A stretch of DNA of 64,000 nt from IMG/VR virus record IMGVR_UViG_3300008107_000012; one strand, given 5' to 3'. The notes beneath the pieces were generated by a model. That model searched no databases. It was not told the origin of the DNA and saw only the letters and a list, made by a program, of their open reading frames with translations. Made by a program: the position numbers and the translations under genes. Of the stretch, positions 27,377-36,108 are shown in pieces. Position 1 is the first letter of the stretch, and each line of letters starts with the position of its first letter. This DNA comes from a virus.

Positions 27377-27435
27377 TGTGCCACTTGTAGAGGTGGCACA
27401 GTAAAGTCCCGCAGACCCCCCAGATGCCCTATAAT
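27377..27435 (+). promoter_or_regulatory. early promoter cassette
   Basis: TGTGCCACTTGTAGAGGTGGCACA; TATAAT 27430-27435. Confidence 0.8.
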
Positions 27436-27459
27436 ACAGGGACACAAGCAAAGGAAACG

Positions 27460-27660
27460 ATGCACACTCTCATTCCTAACTTCACTTATGTTGAGGAGAC
27501 TGACCTTATCTGTGCTGCATTTCACTCTGTTGCTTTTATGAAGCAACTTGCTGATGAGAGTGTTGATAATAAAGGTTATTGGTTGCAACGTGCAGAGCAA
27601 CTTGAAAATGTTGCAAACAAACTGAACGAAGAAGTCCGCAATTTCTACTACAACAAATGA
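27460..27660 (+). CDS. hypothetical protein
   Basis: AAGGA SD. Confidence 0.7.
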   Translation: MHTLIPNFTYVEETDLICAAFHSVAFMKQLADESVDNKGYWLQRAEQLENVANKLNEEVRNFYYNK

Positions 27661-27860
27661 CTACCATTTCATTTACATCAGGGCAGATTCTAGACATTAT
27701 CTCTGCCCTTGAAGAAAAAGAAGATGCACTCTATGCTGCAGATGATAAACATCTTGCTGCCTACTACATGCAAATGGGGGCACAATTCCAACGTGTTTAT
27801 GATAGGTTGCAGGATGTAGTTCCTGAGAAACGTGTTGCTAACCTTGTTCTTGCTGCTTGA
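27657..27860 (+). CDS. hypothetical protein
   Basis: ATGA-coupled. Confidence 0.7.
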   Translation: MTTISFTSGQILDIISALEEKEDALYAADDKHLAAYYMQMGAQFQRVYDRLQDVVPEKRVANLVLAA

Positions 27861-27862
27861 TT

Positions 27863-28126
27863 ATGACGACTTCTAACCTTTCTAAAATCAAACCCAAACT
27901 TCGCACTCAAGGTGTTGTTTCTGGAAACTTTGGTCGTGCGAAGGTAAAATCAGGTTCTCCTCTCAAAGAGATTGGTGTAACCAAAGCAAAAGTAGTCAAA
28001 TGCACCACACAAGATGATTATCTCAATCGTCTTTATGTTGCATTTGATGAGACTGATGATAAGAAATTGAAGCAGTTTATCTATCAGCAAATTCGCAACA
28101 TTCACATTCAACGGGGAACTTGGTGA
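27863..28126 (+). CDS. hypothetical protein
   Basis: ORF. Confidence 0.7.
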   Translation: MTTSNLSKIKPKLRTQGVVSGNFGRAKVKSGSPLKEIGVTKAKVVKCTTQDDYLNRLYVAFDETDDKKLKQFIYQQIRNIHIQRGTW

Positions 28127-28271
28127 TGACTGTTCCTAATCTCACAAGTCAACACATAGATTTTAATGCTTGGTTGGAGCAGTGTCCTGTTGAATGGTTC
28201 AAGAGTGCAAAACCAAGTGTAAATGGTTCTGCAACTTATGAGTTCTTTTTTGATTCTGTAAAAGAGGAAGA

Positions 28272-28529
28272 ATGAAACCCTATCAGTACAACCTAAAAGT
28301 TTGGGAAGGTGGTGAAACTTCACGCACTTGGCAGTTTGGTATCTTCAAAAATCATTCACTCCTGTGGGTGAATTATGAAAATCCCAGTAGTCAAGTTTGG
28401 ATGTCTGGTGGGCTTCATATCTCATTCTCATTCTTTGGTTCTTCTCTGTTTGGTGTAGATTTTGAGACCAATAGTTGGTCTTTTTCATTTAACTTTTTTA
28501 CTGAATACTTTGAGGGGTGGAATAACTGA
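28272..28529 (+). CDS. hypothetical protein
   Basis: ORF. Confidence 0.6.
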   Translation: MKPYQYNLKVWEGGETSRTWQFGIFKNHSLLWVNYENPSSQVWMSGGLHISFSFFGSSLFGVDFETNSWSFSFNFFTEYFEGWNN

Positions 28530-28696
28530 TGGTAGGAATGGAACATGAGTGCTACATCCAAAAAGCAGTAAAGCAACATCTGCTTGATTGTATGCAACGA
28601 CCAGAGTACATTAACTATCCTCACTGCGACCTGATAGCAGATTACACGGCAAAGATTAAAAAGATAGATGAGTTCCTAGAGGAGTTTGATAGGTGA

Positions 28697-28755
28697 TGTG
28701 CCACTTGTTCTAGTGGCACAGTAAAAGAGCACGGGGGCACTGGATGCCCTATAAT
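28697..28755 (+). promoter_or_regulatory. early promoter cassette
   Basis: TGTGCCACTTGTTCTAGTGGCACA; TATAAT 28750-28755. Confidence 0.8.
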
Positions 28756-28776
28756 ACCAAAACACAAGCAAAGGAA

Positions 28777-29043
28777 ATGTCTATTCTCTCAATCGAAAGT
28801 ATCAATCTCAGTGAAGACTATGTGACAGTTACTGCTGTTATTGAAGATGTAGTTCTTACCTATGCTGGAAGTTATTTTGACCCACCAGAGTATGGACCTG
28901 CACGGTGTAGTTCTACTTTTGAGTTGGGAGAAGATGAAACACTCCCAACCGATGAAAATGAACTACTGAAATATATTGAGTCTCGTGATTTGTATTGGGA
29001 AGTGATGGAAGATGATGATTATAATTACGATGATTATGCTTGA
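28777..29043 (+). CDS. acidic hypothetical protein
   Basis: DPPEYGPARC motif. Confidence 0.7.
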   Translation: MSILSIESINLSEDYVTVTAVIEDVVLTYAGSYFDPPEYGPARCSSTFELGEDETLPTDENELLKYIESRDLYWEVMEDDDYNYDDYA

Positions 29044-29055
29044 TTCTTGATGCCA

Positions 29056-29125
29056 TGTGCCACTTGTTCTTGTGGCACACTAAAAGAGCACGGATCCCAA
29101 AATGTGGTATTCTTAAAGGGTGGTG
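29056..29125 (+). repeat. long promoter-cassette repeat, copy A
   Basis: TGTGCCACTTGTTCTTGTGGCACACTAAA.GAGCACGG..AAATGTGGTATT.TTAAAGGGTGG also at 29802 and 31365. Confidence 0.85.
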
Positions 29126-29226
29126 AGGGAGGCAATAAGACCACCTCGATAACGTCAACTGACATCTTGGCAAGTATGCTGTTATCTAACCTCATCACTT
29201 TTAAGTTTACAAGCAAAGGAAACTAA

Positions 29227-29448
29227 ATGACTGAAGCATCCCTTGTTCCTAATACTTTCGCACGACAGTGGATTGAAGACCATTATGTATGTGCAGGTAG
29301 TTCTGGTGCTAATCTTGTGCAACTTGCAGAAGATGGTGTAATTCAATGGGAAGACATTGCACGGGCATTTATCTATGATGCAGATGAGACTGCATCGCAT
29401 AATGCTTGGGTGCGAGTCGCAGAATGGATGCAATACACTCCTGTGTGA
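29227..29448 (+). CDS. hypothetical protein
   Basis: AAGGA SD. Confidence 0.7.
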   Translation: MTEASLVPNTFARQWIEDHYVCAGSSGANLVQLAEDGVIQWEDIARAFIYDADETASHNAWVRVAEWMQYTPV

Positions 29449-29591
29449 ATGGCAAAAACACTTACATTCAAGAAACCAAATAAAATGCGATTGATTCTCT
29501 TTTGTTTCATTATTGCTTTTATTTGTTCTCCAGGTGTGAGGAATCTCACAGCAAACACACTTTACACTGTCGCAGACATTATTTCTACTAA

Positions 29592-29777
29592 ATGAAAACT
29601 ATGCTTGATAAAGTCCTGATGGTTGAAGAACTACTGAACGAAAAGCAACTTAATGCTCTTCGTGACATGCTTGATGTGTATAAAGAGTTGCAAAAAGAAG
29701 TTCATAATTATCCCCCAGAGGATACCTTGTTTACTCAAACTCAACGTGAAATCTTTGAGATTTTTGATGTTGACTGA
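29592..29777 (+). CDS. hypothetical protein
   Basis: ORF. Confidence 0.65.
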   Translation: MKTMLDKVLMVEELLNEKQLNALRDMLDVYKELQKEVHNYPPEDTLFTQTQREIFEIFDVD

Positions 29778-29801
29778 ATGTTGGTGAGTCCAGTGTTGAG
29801 A

Positions 29802-29892
29802 TGTGCCACTTGTTCTTGTGGCACACTAAATGAGCACGGGGTCTCAAATGTGGTATTCTTAAAGGGTGGGAGGAGCAAGTCCCACTCAAGTC
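29802..29892 (+). repeat. long promoter-cassette repeat, copy B
   Basis: See copy A; leader hairpin GGGTGGGA/TCCCACTC. Confidence 0.85.
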
Positions 29893-29910
29893 TCATTCAT
29901 TATTCTTATT

Positions 29911-30585
29911 ATGGACCGTCAGCAAGTTATTGCTAAAATCCAGTCGATTCTCAAACTGCAGAATGGAACTGACTTTGAGGGTGAAGCATCTGCTGCTGCA
30001 CGGATGATTGATAAACTGTGCAAACAGTATGGAATCACCGTTGATGAAGCAACAGAAACTCAAGTTCTTGATGAGTCTTTTGTCTCTTTCAAGAGGTTGA
30101 ATGTTGCTCTCACCACTCTTGCTAATGCGATTGCTAAGTTCTACGATGCTTCTGCTTACCTGAAGAACGGAGATACTAAGTCTTTGCAAATCATCGGTAG
30201 TGAAGCACAACAAATCCAAGTGCGTCTCTATTATGATTACCTGGTTCAGGTGATGGAGAAAGAGGCAGAAGTTGCACATAAAGCAGAGAAAGTTCTTGCT
30301 GAAACTCTGGGCACTTCTGTATCCCGTTCCTTTAAGTTGAACTTCCGCAAGGCATTTGCAGATAAAGTTGCAGAACGTCTGCGTGAAATGAAACTTGAAG
30401 AGAATCGAGTGCATGATGATGCAGAGGCAGTGAAGAACAAACTCTCCACGATGCGATTTGGTCGTGCCAAGAAAATGAATGGTGCTAGTGGTGCTGGTGC
30501 TTATTCTGGTGCAAACGTAGGTGCTGGTGTATCTCTAAACCGTCAAGCATCGGGTTCTGTTGCCAAGCAACTCTGCGGGGTGTGA
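29911..30585 (+). CDS. DUF2786-like protein
   Basis: IAKIQSILKL....EGEASAA..KLCKQYGI; C-terminal G...G..VSLNRQ. Confidence 0.7.
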   Translation: MDRQQVIAKIQSILKLQNGTDFEGEASAAARMIDKLCKQYGITVDEATETQVLDESFVSFKRLNVALTTLANAIAKFYDASAYLKNGDTKSLQIIGSEAQQIQVRLYYDYLVQVMEKEAEVAHKAEKVLAETLGTSVSRSFKLNFRKAFADKVAERLREMKLEENRVHDDAEAVKNKLSTMRFGRAKKMNGASGAGAYSGANVGAGVSLNRQASGSVAKQLCGV

Positions 30586-30607
30586 GTTAATCTCACCCCT
30601 TTTTTTA
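30578..30607 (+). terminator. intrinsic terminator
   Basis: GGGTG(T)GAG-TTAAT-CTCACCC followed by T-run. Confidence 0.65.
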
Positions 30608-30821
30608 TTCTTTTCTTCCTACGATTATGATTAACACCACTATCACTCTTGAAGAAGTCCTCAAAGAAATGGAAATCAAAGCATTTATTGATAGTGTAGA
30701 ATCTTCTAATCGACTTGAAGGCATTATTGTTTCTCGTGAAAAAATTGAAGAAATTTGCATAGGAACTTTTGATGTTGAATAGTTACTTCTTTACAAACTC
30801 TTACATTATTTCTTTTTGATT

Positions 30822-31151
30822 ATGATTTCTAATTTTTCTCTTGGTCAGTGCAAAGTTCTCTGGGTCATCGGTGCTCTCGAACGTCTTGCAACTCTTGGTA
30901 TGTTGAATAGTGACATTCCTCTCAAAATTGCTGCAGATGTAATTGACGATTATCTTGAAATTGATAATGACCGTCAGTATCTGTTTGAGAGTGATTTTGA
31001 GATTGCACAAATCTTCCGTTGTATTGCTAATGAGCATAATGACGGAGAGGAAAATGAGGAAGACATTTGTAGTGTGATTGAACTTCTGCTGAACTATAAG
31101 AATGACCGTGAAGAACTTGTGAAGTATGCTCTTTCCACATCATTTGTTTGA
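30822..31151 (+). CDS. acidic hypothetical protein
   Basis: ORF. Confidence 0.7.
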   Translation: MISNFSLGQCKVLWVIGALERLATLGMLNSDIPLKIAADVIDDYLEIDNDRQYLFESDFEIAQIFRCIANEHNDGEENEEDICSVIELLLNYKNDREELVKYALSTSFV

Positions 31152-31364
31152 TGTGCTAGAATTGTCCTGTTATGGAGAATCAAATGATTGACATTCAACT
31201 TACACAGGAAGAAGTGAATACTATTCTTCAAGGTCTTTTTCTTCTTGAAGACCAAGAATGGTTCAGGGGTCATAGTAAAACAGAACCACTGATTGAGAAA
31301 TTTAATCAATTTCTGCCTGAGGAGGAGTGAACTTACCCCAATCTCACTGAGTCCAATGATGCCG

Positions 31365-31456
31365 TGTGCCACTTGTTCTTGTGGCACACTAAATGAGCAC
31401 GGACCCCAAAATGTGGTATTATTAAAGGGTGGAGGGAGCAAGTCCCACCCGAGTCC
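31365..31456 (+). repeat. long promoter-cassette repeat, copy C
   Basis: See copy A/B. Confidence 0.85.
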
Positions 31457-31477
31457 AATTCCCAATTCTCTACAACA

Positions 31478-31819
31478 ATGGAACTGACTAAATCTTTCCC
31501 CCCTCTTGATGGTCTTGTTGAGTTTAGCAACAAGAAACTCAAAGAGTTTGATTATGTTCAATTTGGTCAAGATGTAATTCAATTTGCCGCAACTTTTGCT
31601 GCTATTGTTGTTGGTGTTGTTTCCTATGTGTGGACTGCACTGCAACTGTGGTGGGAAGATAATGGTGAAGCAACGCAAGTTAATTTCATTCGATTTGTTG
31701 TGAATGTAATTGATTTCATCGGTGCTGTTGTGATTGCAACTCCCAAAGTTTATCGTTGGGTGAAACTGAACAGCAACCGACTGATTGATTCTCTGTTCTT
31801 CCAAGTTGCTTTTAACTGA
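31478..31819 (+). CDS. hypothetical membrane protein
   Basis: Two hydrophobic segments. Confidence 0.7.
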   Translation: MELTKSFPPLDGLVEFSNKKLKEFDYVQFGQDVIQFAATFAAIVVGVVSYVWTALQLWWEDNGEATQVNFIRFVVNVIDFIGAVVIATPKVYRWVKLNSNRLIDSLFFQVAFN

Positions 31820-31974
31820 ATCTAACTGATGATTGACGTTCTTCTTGCTTCAACGATTATCGGTCAGGTTGTAATTGGACCGAATCAAATCCAAACAGAA
31901 TACATTACTGACCGTAATCAAGTGATTACGATTGTCGAGACCATTCAAGAAACTTACAACTATCCCAACTGATT

Positions 31975-32148
31975 ATGAATCGCACTGAACTGATTGAAGC
32001 ATACGTTGACCGTATCCTTGATAACATGAGCACCAAAGATTTGATGCGAATTGTTGGAGACCAACTGGATGAAAACTTCAGTTCTTATAGTGATGAAGAA
32101 CTGATTGCTGAAATTACTGAATACTACCCTGAATTGCTTGAGGAGTGA
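31975..32148 (+). CDS. small acidic protein, paralog of 34230..34457
   Basis: Y.DRILDNM.TKDL..YSDEELIAEI. Confidence 0.7.
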   Translation: MNRTELIEAYVDRILDNMSTKDLMRIVGDQLDENFSSYSDEELIAEITEYYPELLEE

Positions 32149-32155
32149 GAACTGA

Positions 32156-32215
32156 TGTGCCAGTAATTCTTCTGGCACATTACACTCCCCAAACCCCACC
32201 TGTCCCTGCTATACT
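32156..32215 (+). promoter_or_regulatory. early promoter cassette
   Basis: TGTGCCAGTAATTCTTCTGGCACA; TGcTATACT. Confidence 0.8.
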
Positions 32216-32237
32216 GAACACAGTTCAACAAACGACC

Positions 32238-32654
32238 ATGCCTGTGACTTTCACCGACAACTACAAAGAAGTTTTCGCAACCGAAACTGTTGAGAAAATT
32301 GAAGAACTGCTGGAAGATAACTATTGCCTGGAAGACATCCTTGAGTTTATTGACCAAAATACGGAAGAAGATTTCCGTGACTATTATGAAGAGTATGTGA
32401 CTGCTGGTGAGGATTATGGTTACAGTGCAGTCGATGCTTTCATTGAAGAGTTTGGACTTGATTGTGTTTCTTCCTTTACCGAATCTTACCAAGGTGAGTA
32501 TTCGAGTGAGGCACAGTTTGCAGAACAGTTCTGCGAAGACATGGGTTATGAAGTTCCTTCCTTTGTAATTGTTGATTGGCAAGAAACTTTTGATTACAAC
32601 CTGCAGTATGACTATTCCTATGTGAATGGTTATGTCTTCAACAAAAACTTCTGA
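32238..32654 (+). CDS. ArdA-like antirestriction / DNA-mimic protein
   Basis: Very acidic; YQGEYSSEAQFAEQ..VIVDWQ..DY..NGYVF resembles ArdA C-terminus. Confidence 0.65.
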   Translation: MPVTFTDNYKEVFATETVEKIEELLEDNYCLEDILEFIDQNTEEDFRDYYEEYVTAGEDYGYSAVDAFIEEFGLDCVSSFTESYQGEYSSEAQFAEQFCEDMGYEVPSFVIVDWQETFDYNLQYDYSYVNGYVFNKNF

Positions 32655-32661
32655 GTGAAGT

Positions 32662-32703
32662 GAATCAGCACCTTATTTCTTTGAGGTGCTGATTCTTATT
32701 TTT
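32662..32703 (+). terminator. hairpin/terminator
   Basis: GAATCAGCACCT/AGGTGCTGATTC then TTATTTTT. Confidence 0.6.
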
Positions 32704-32722
32704 CCACATTCCTCTTCTTTTA

Positions 32723-32971
32723 ATGTTTAATCAACTTACATTTGTCCCGCATTGTATTCCAAATGCAGTGCAAGGAAAGTACAAGTTTTCCAATGGTTGG
32801 GAGATTAGTGTAGTCTCTGGTGATGCTAAGTCTGGTCTATACGGTCGAATTGCTGAGTTTACTTATGAAGTTGCAATCTTTCGACCGAATGGAAACATGA
32901 CTGAAGATGTAAGTGGTTGGAATACTAAAGAAGAAGTATCTGCGATGATGTGGGTACTGTCTCAACTCTAG
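32723..32971 (+). CDS. conserved phage protein
   Basis: FSNGWEISVV..GLYG..YEVAI..DV.GW. Confidence 0.75.
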   Translation: MFNQLTFVPHCIPNAVQGKYKFSNGWEISVVSGDAKSGLYGRIAEFTYEVAIFRPNGNMTEDVSGWNTKEEVSAMMWVLSQL

Positions 32972-32983
32972 TCTCTTATACCG

Positions 32984-33043
32984 TGTGCCACTTGTTGAAG
33001 TGGCACAGTCAACCCCCCAGACCCCCCTCCCCCGTGGTAGACT
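32984..33043 (+). promoter_or_regulatory. early promoter cassette (most perfect palindrome)
   Basis: TGTGCCACTTGTTGAAGTGGCACA; TGgTAGACT. Confidence 0.8.
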
Positions 33044-33267
33044 GAACGGAGTTCAGGGATGAGAGATGACCACTGCTCAACGGATGGAAAGGCAATTCTT
33101 CCTCAAAATGATTGCTCTTGTGAATGAAGTGCAAAGTGATAAAACCATTCTCAAGTCGCAATCTGGTTCTTATCGCAAATCTGCTTGGTGCAAGACGATT
33201 AAGAATCCCAAGCAAGATCAATCTGCACTTGCTTCTGTCTGAGTTCTTTCTTTAACAACAAACCAAA

Positions 33268-33456
33268 ATGTGCTGCTTTCACACTGAACAAGAACCTGCA
33301 TTTGGACACTACACTTTTCGACACTACACTTTTCAGGTGTCGCAAGTATCCCGTGAAGATGCAATCGAACTGGCAAATGTTCTGAGGCAATCTGATTCTG
33401 AGTTCATCCGTAGGTTCGGACTTGAGATTGAATCTGAACTGATGGAACTGACATAG
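33268..33456 (+). CDS. hypothetical protein
   Basis: ORF. Confidence 0.6.
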   Translation: MCCFHTEQEPAFGHYTFRHYTFQVSQVSREDAIELANVLRQSDSEFIRRFGLEIESELMELT

Positions 33457-33487
33457 ATTGTTTCTTTCTAACTCTTTTCTTCTACCA

Positions 33488-33673
33488 ATGATGAAACTCA
33501 CTAAAGCACAAAAAGAGATTCTTCTCACTCTTGAAAATGGTGATGAAGTTCTTAATTATGCACAACGTATGCGAGCACTTCAACCACTCATTGATGCTGG
33601 TATTGTTTACATTAAGGTGACGAATGATAAAAATGGTATCACAGAAGATGTAAGAGTTGCACTGGTTGATTAA
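33488..33673 (+). CDS. hypothetical protein (winged-helix-like)
   Basis: KLTKAQKEILL..LQPLIDAGIV. Confidence 0.6.
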   Translation: MMKLTKAQKEILLTLENGDEVLNYAQRMRALQPLIDAGIVYIKVTNDKNGITEDVRVALVD

Positions 33674-33707
33674 ATCTTTCTTCCATCTGTCCCACATAAA
33701 CAATTTC

Positions 33708-33827
33708 ATGAACGATTCCACACTCGATCTCTTCACTGAACATGAAGATACACAAGATGCAACAATCGAAGAACTTGCTGCAGAACTTGAAATCACCGTT
33801 GATTATTACATCGCAGAGTTTATGTGA
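33708..33827 (+). CDS. tiny acidic protein
   Basis: ..IEELAAELEITVDYYIAEFM. Confidence 0.6.
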   Translation: MNDSTLDLFTEHEDTQDATIEELAAELEITVDYYIAEFM

Positions 33828-33897
33828 TGATGTATGTGATGATGAGTATGATTCGATTCTAGAATCCTCTCCCACTGATTGGTTCTCTTTTTCTTCA

Positions 33898-34080
33898 ATG
33901 ACTCAAATGGACATCAACAACGCAATCTCTGCTGCACTTGCAAATCTCTCCAATCTGAATGAGCAAGTTTATGACTACTGGGTCACTGAACTTTATACTG
34001 ATGATGGTGAAATGATTGATGAGATGTGGAATGAGCAAACACTTTGTGAAATGGAAAAGGATGTGATGTATAACTTCTGA
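33898..34080 (+). CDS. acidic hypothetical protein
   Basis: ORF from MTQMDIN. Confidence 0.6.
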   Translation: MTQMDINNAISAALANLSNLNEQVYDYWVTELYTDDGEMIDEMWNEQTLCEMEKDVMYNF

Positions 34081-34229
34081 AATCCAAATTAACTTCATTT
34101 CATTATGATTAAGTACACTTTCGACATTCACACTCAACAACCAGTTTATGTTGTGTGTGATGTGAATCATCAAGCACTGATGATTACAACCAACATCTGC
34201 ACTGCAATCAACAAACTTCAACAATCCAA

Positions 34230-34457
34230 ATGACTCTAACTCCTCAACAATTTGATGATCTTGTTTCTCTTTATGCTGAGAAACTTGTCGATGGAATGGA
34301 CATGAAAACTATGGAACAATTTGTCTATGACACTATTGTTCATAATGTGGAATGTATGTCAGAAGGTGATCTAATCAATGAGGTTGCTAATTATTTTGAT
34401 GATGAATTGCCCGAAATGATTAAATCTATTGGTGCTGATCCTGATACTATTCTCTGA
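34230..34457 (+). CDS. acidic hypothetical protein
   Basis: Paralog of 31975..32148. Confidence 0.7.
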   Translation: MTLTPQQFDDLVSLYAEKLVDGMDMKTMEQFVYDTIVHNVECMSEGDLINEVANYFDDELPEMIKSIGADPDTIL

Positions 34458-34462
34458 CGATT

Positions 34463-34669
34463 ATGATTTTTCAAGTTACTGAAATTGAGTTTGATTTCAC
34501 TGATGATCTTGATGAAGAAGCATTAGATCAAGAAACACAAGATGAGATTTATGATGAAGTTATCGGTCAAATCTGGGAAGCAGATGATGAAGATGATCTA
34601 GTTGAAGAGATTACTTGTGCTACAGGTTGGTGCATTAAATTCATTGATTATCGACACATTCTAGAATGA
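34463..34669 (+). CDS. highly acidic hypothetical protein
   Basis: WEADDEDDLVEEITCATGWCI. Confidence 0.7.
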   Translation: MIFQVTEIEFDFTDDLDEEALDQETQDEIYDEVIGQIWEADDEDDLVEEITCATGWCIKFIDYRHILE

Positions 34670-34872
34670 CACTCTCAAATCAAACATTTCATAAACTCTC
34701 ATCTGCACTTAAAGATGAAGTTGTTGAGTTCATTATTTCAGATGAACGTTATGCAGAGTTCATGCTTCAAGAGATGATTCCTGAAGCAATTCAATCAAAA
34801 CTTGGTCCTGTAGATGATGAAGTATTGATGCAACTTTCCTTCTGTATTTTCGACCTGATTATCCTTCAATGA
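34666..34872 (+). CDS. hypothetical protein
   Basis: ATGA-coupled. Confidence 0.65.
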   Translation: MTLSNQTFHKLSSALKDEVVEFIISDERYAEFMLQEMIPEAIQSKLGPVDDEVLMQLSFCIFDLIILQ

Positions 34873-35118
34873 CACAATACACTTATACTGTTATTGGTGG
34901 TACAAATGAGTATGAATGTGATGTTGCATCACTTCAACTGTTTGATCGAAAATCACAAGCACAACAGTATGCAGAAGATATAGAAAAGATGTGGGGTTAT
35001 GAGTATGTTTCTATTTCTGTAAAGGAGATTCAATGAAGAAGAAAAAGAAAGAAAAGATTGAACTACTGTCTAAAGCACAAGATGGTAATGAACTTCTTAT
35101 TATTCTCAAAGCACTGAA

Positions 35119-35358
35119 ATGAATCTTTATATCATCAATGATGTTCTTTATGATTACACTGCAGGAATGTGTGTAATTGCTGCTGAATCTCTACAACGTT
35201 GCGAACAAGTTTTTATGAAAGAATTTACATGTGATGATGACAGTAATTATACTAAACAGGAAAGGCAAAATGAGTTTGATGTTGCAGGAATTAAAGTGAT
35301 TGAGAATGTTCCTTACGAGAAGGAAGAAGTTGTATCCTATGTTTATGGTGGAGGTTGA
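35119..35358 (+). CDS. hypothetical protein
   Basis: ORF ending VVSYVYGGG. Confidence 0.7.
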   Translation: MNLYIINDVLYDYTAGMCVIAAESLQRCEQVFMKEFTCDDDSNYTKQERQNEFDVAGIKVIENVPYEKEEVVSYVYGGG

Positions 35359-35362
35359 TAAA

Positions 35363-35560
35363 ATGACTCTTCCATCTTACAATGCAATCTCTTTTCATTC
35401 TGAAGAAGAACATCAAGCAGCACTGTATGATGCTTGTCTGTTGATTGTGAATACTTACAACCAAACAGATATGCTGGATGGTTATGATGATCGTGCTTTA
35501 ACTTCATACGACTTTATGAAGTTTGCTCGTCGTATTATTAACAATTACGATTGCAACTGA
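35363..35560 (+). CDS. hypothetical protein
   Basis: GGAGG SD. Confidence 0.65.
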   Translation: MTLPSYNAISFHSEEEHQAALYDACLLIVNTYNQTDMLDGYDDRALTSYDFMKFARRIINNYDCN

Positions 35561-35561
35561 A

Positions 35562-35720
35562 ATGACTACTACCTACCAACTGATTGAGATTCTTCAAGAA
35601 AAGTGTCTTGAAGATAATGATTTAATGTTTACAATCATTGATGAGTATGTTTCCTCTATGAATGAAGATGAATTAAAGACGTTGGAAGATTTTGTTGTGA
35701 ACAATTTTGGAGATGATTGA
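35562..35720 (+). CDS. small acidic protein
   Basis: ORF. Confidence 0.6.
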   Translation: MTTTYQLIEILQEKCLEDNDLMFTIIDEYVSSMNEDELKTLEDFVVNNFGDD

Positions 35721-35905
35721 ATGAAAGTATAACAATAACGTTATATTAAAAAACGTATTAAAAAACATATATTACTGTTTTATCTCTTTGTGTTGATTTG
35801 ATGACTAATGCCTTCTAGGTCTTGATTCTTATGTTCTATAAACCCTTCTAGACCTTGATTCTTATAATCAATTAAATGCGTCTGGGTCTTGTGATCTTAG
35901 CCCGC

Positions 35906-35934
35906 ACTCTATCACATCTCCGCACAAAAGTCAA
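35906..35934 (-). promoter_or_regulatory. leftward sigma70-like promoter
   Basis: Minus strand TTGACT-17-TAGAGT with TG extension. Confidence 0.45.
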
Positions 35935-36108
35935 GTACCCCCAGGACACATAAAAAACCCCCACACCCCACATTATAACAATATCACACTTCTGTTATAT
36001 CTTATAACACACTCCCAGACATTCATATAACACTTCACCAGACACTTCTGTATGCCCCTGTAAGGCACTCATAAACTCTCTCAGGGGTCATAGTACTGAA
36101 TTGCCATC

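Noticed and set aside
31293-31487. ORFs reading through the promoter repeats (also 15848, 27424, 28744, 29866, 32145 N-terminal extensions)
   Set aside because: They translate the palindrome or -10 region; real starts lie downstream of the promoters.
24551-33007. Integron attC-like cassette array
   Set aside because: No integrase in the window, no GTTRRRY core, and fixed spacing to -10 boxes is better explained by promoter function.
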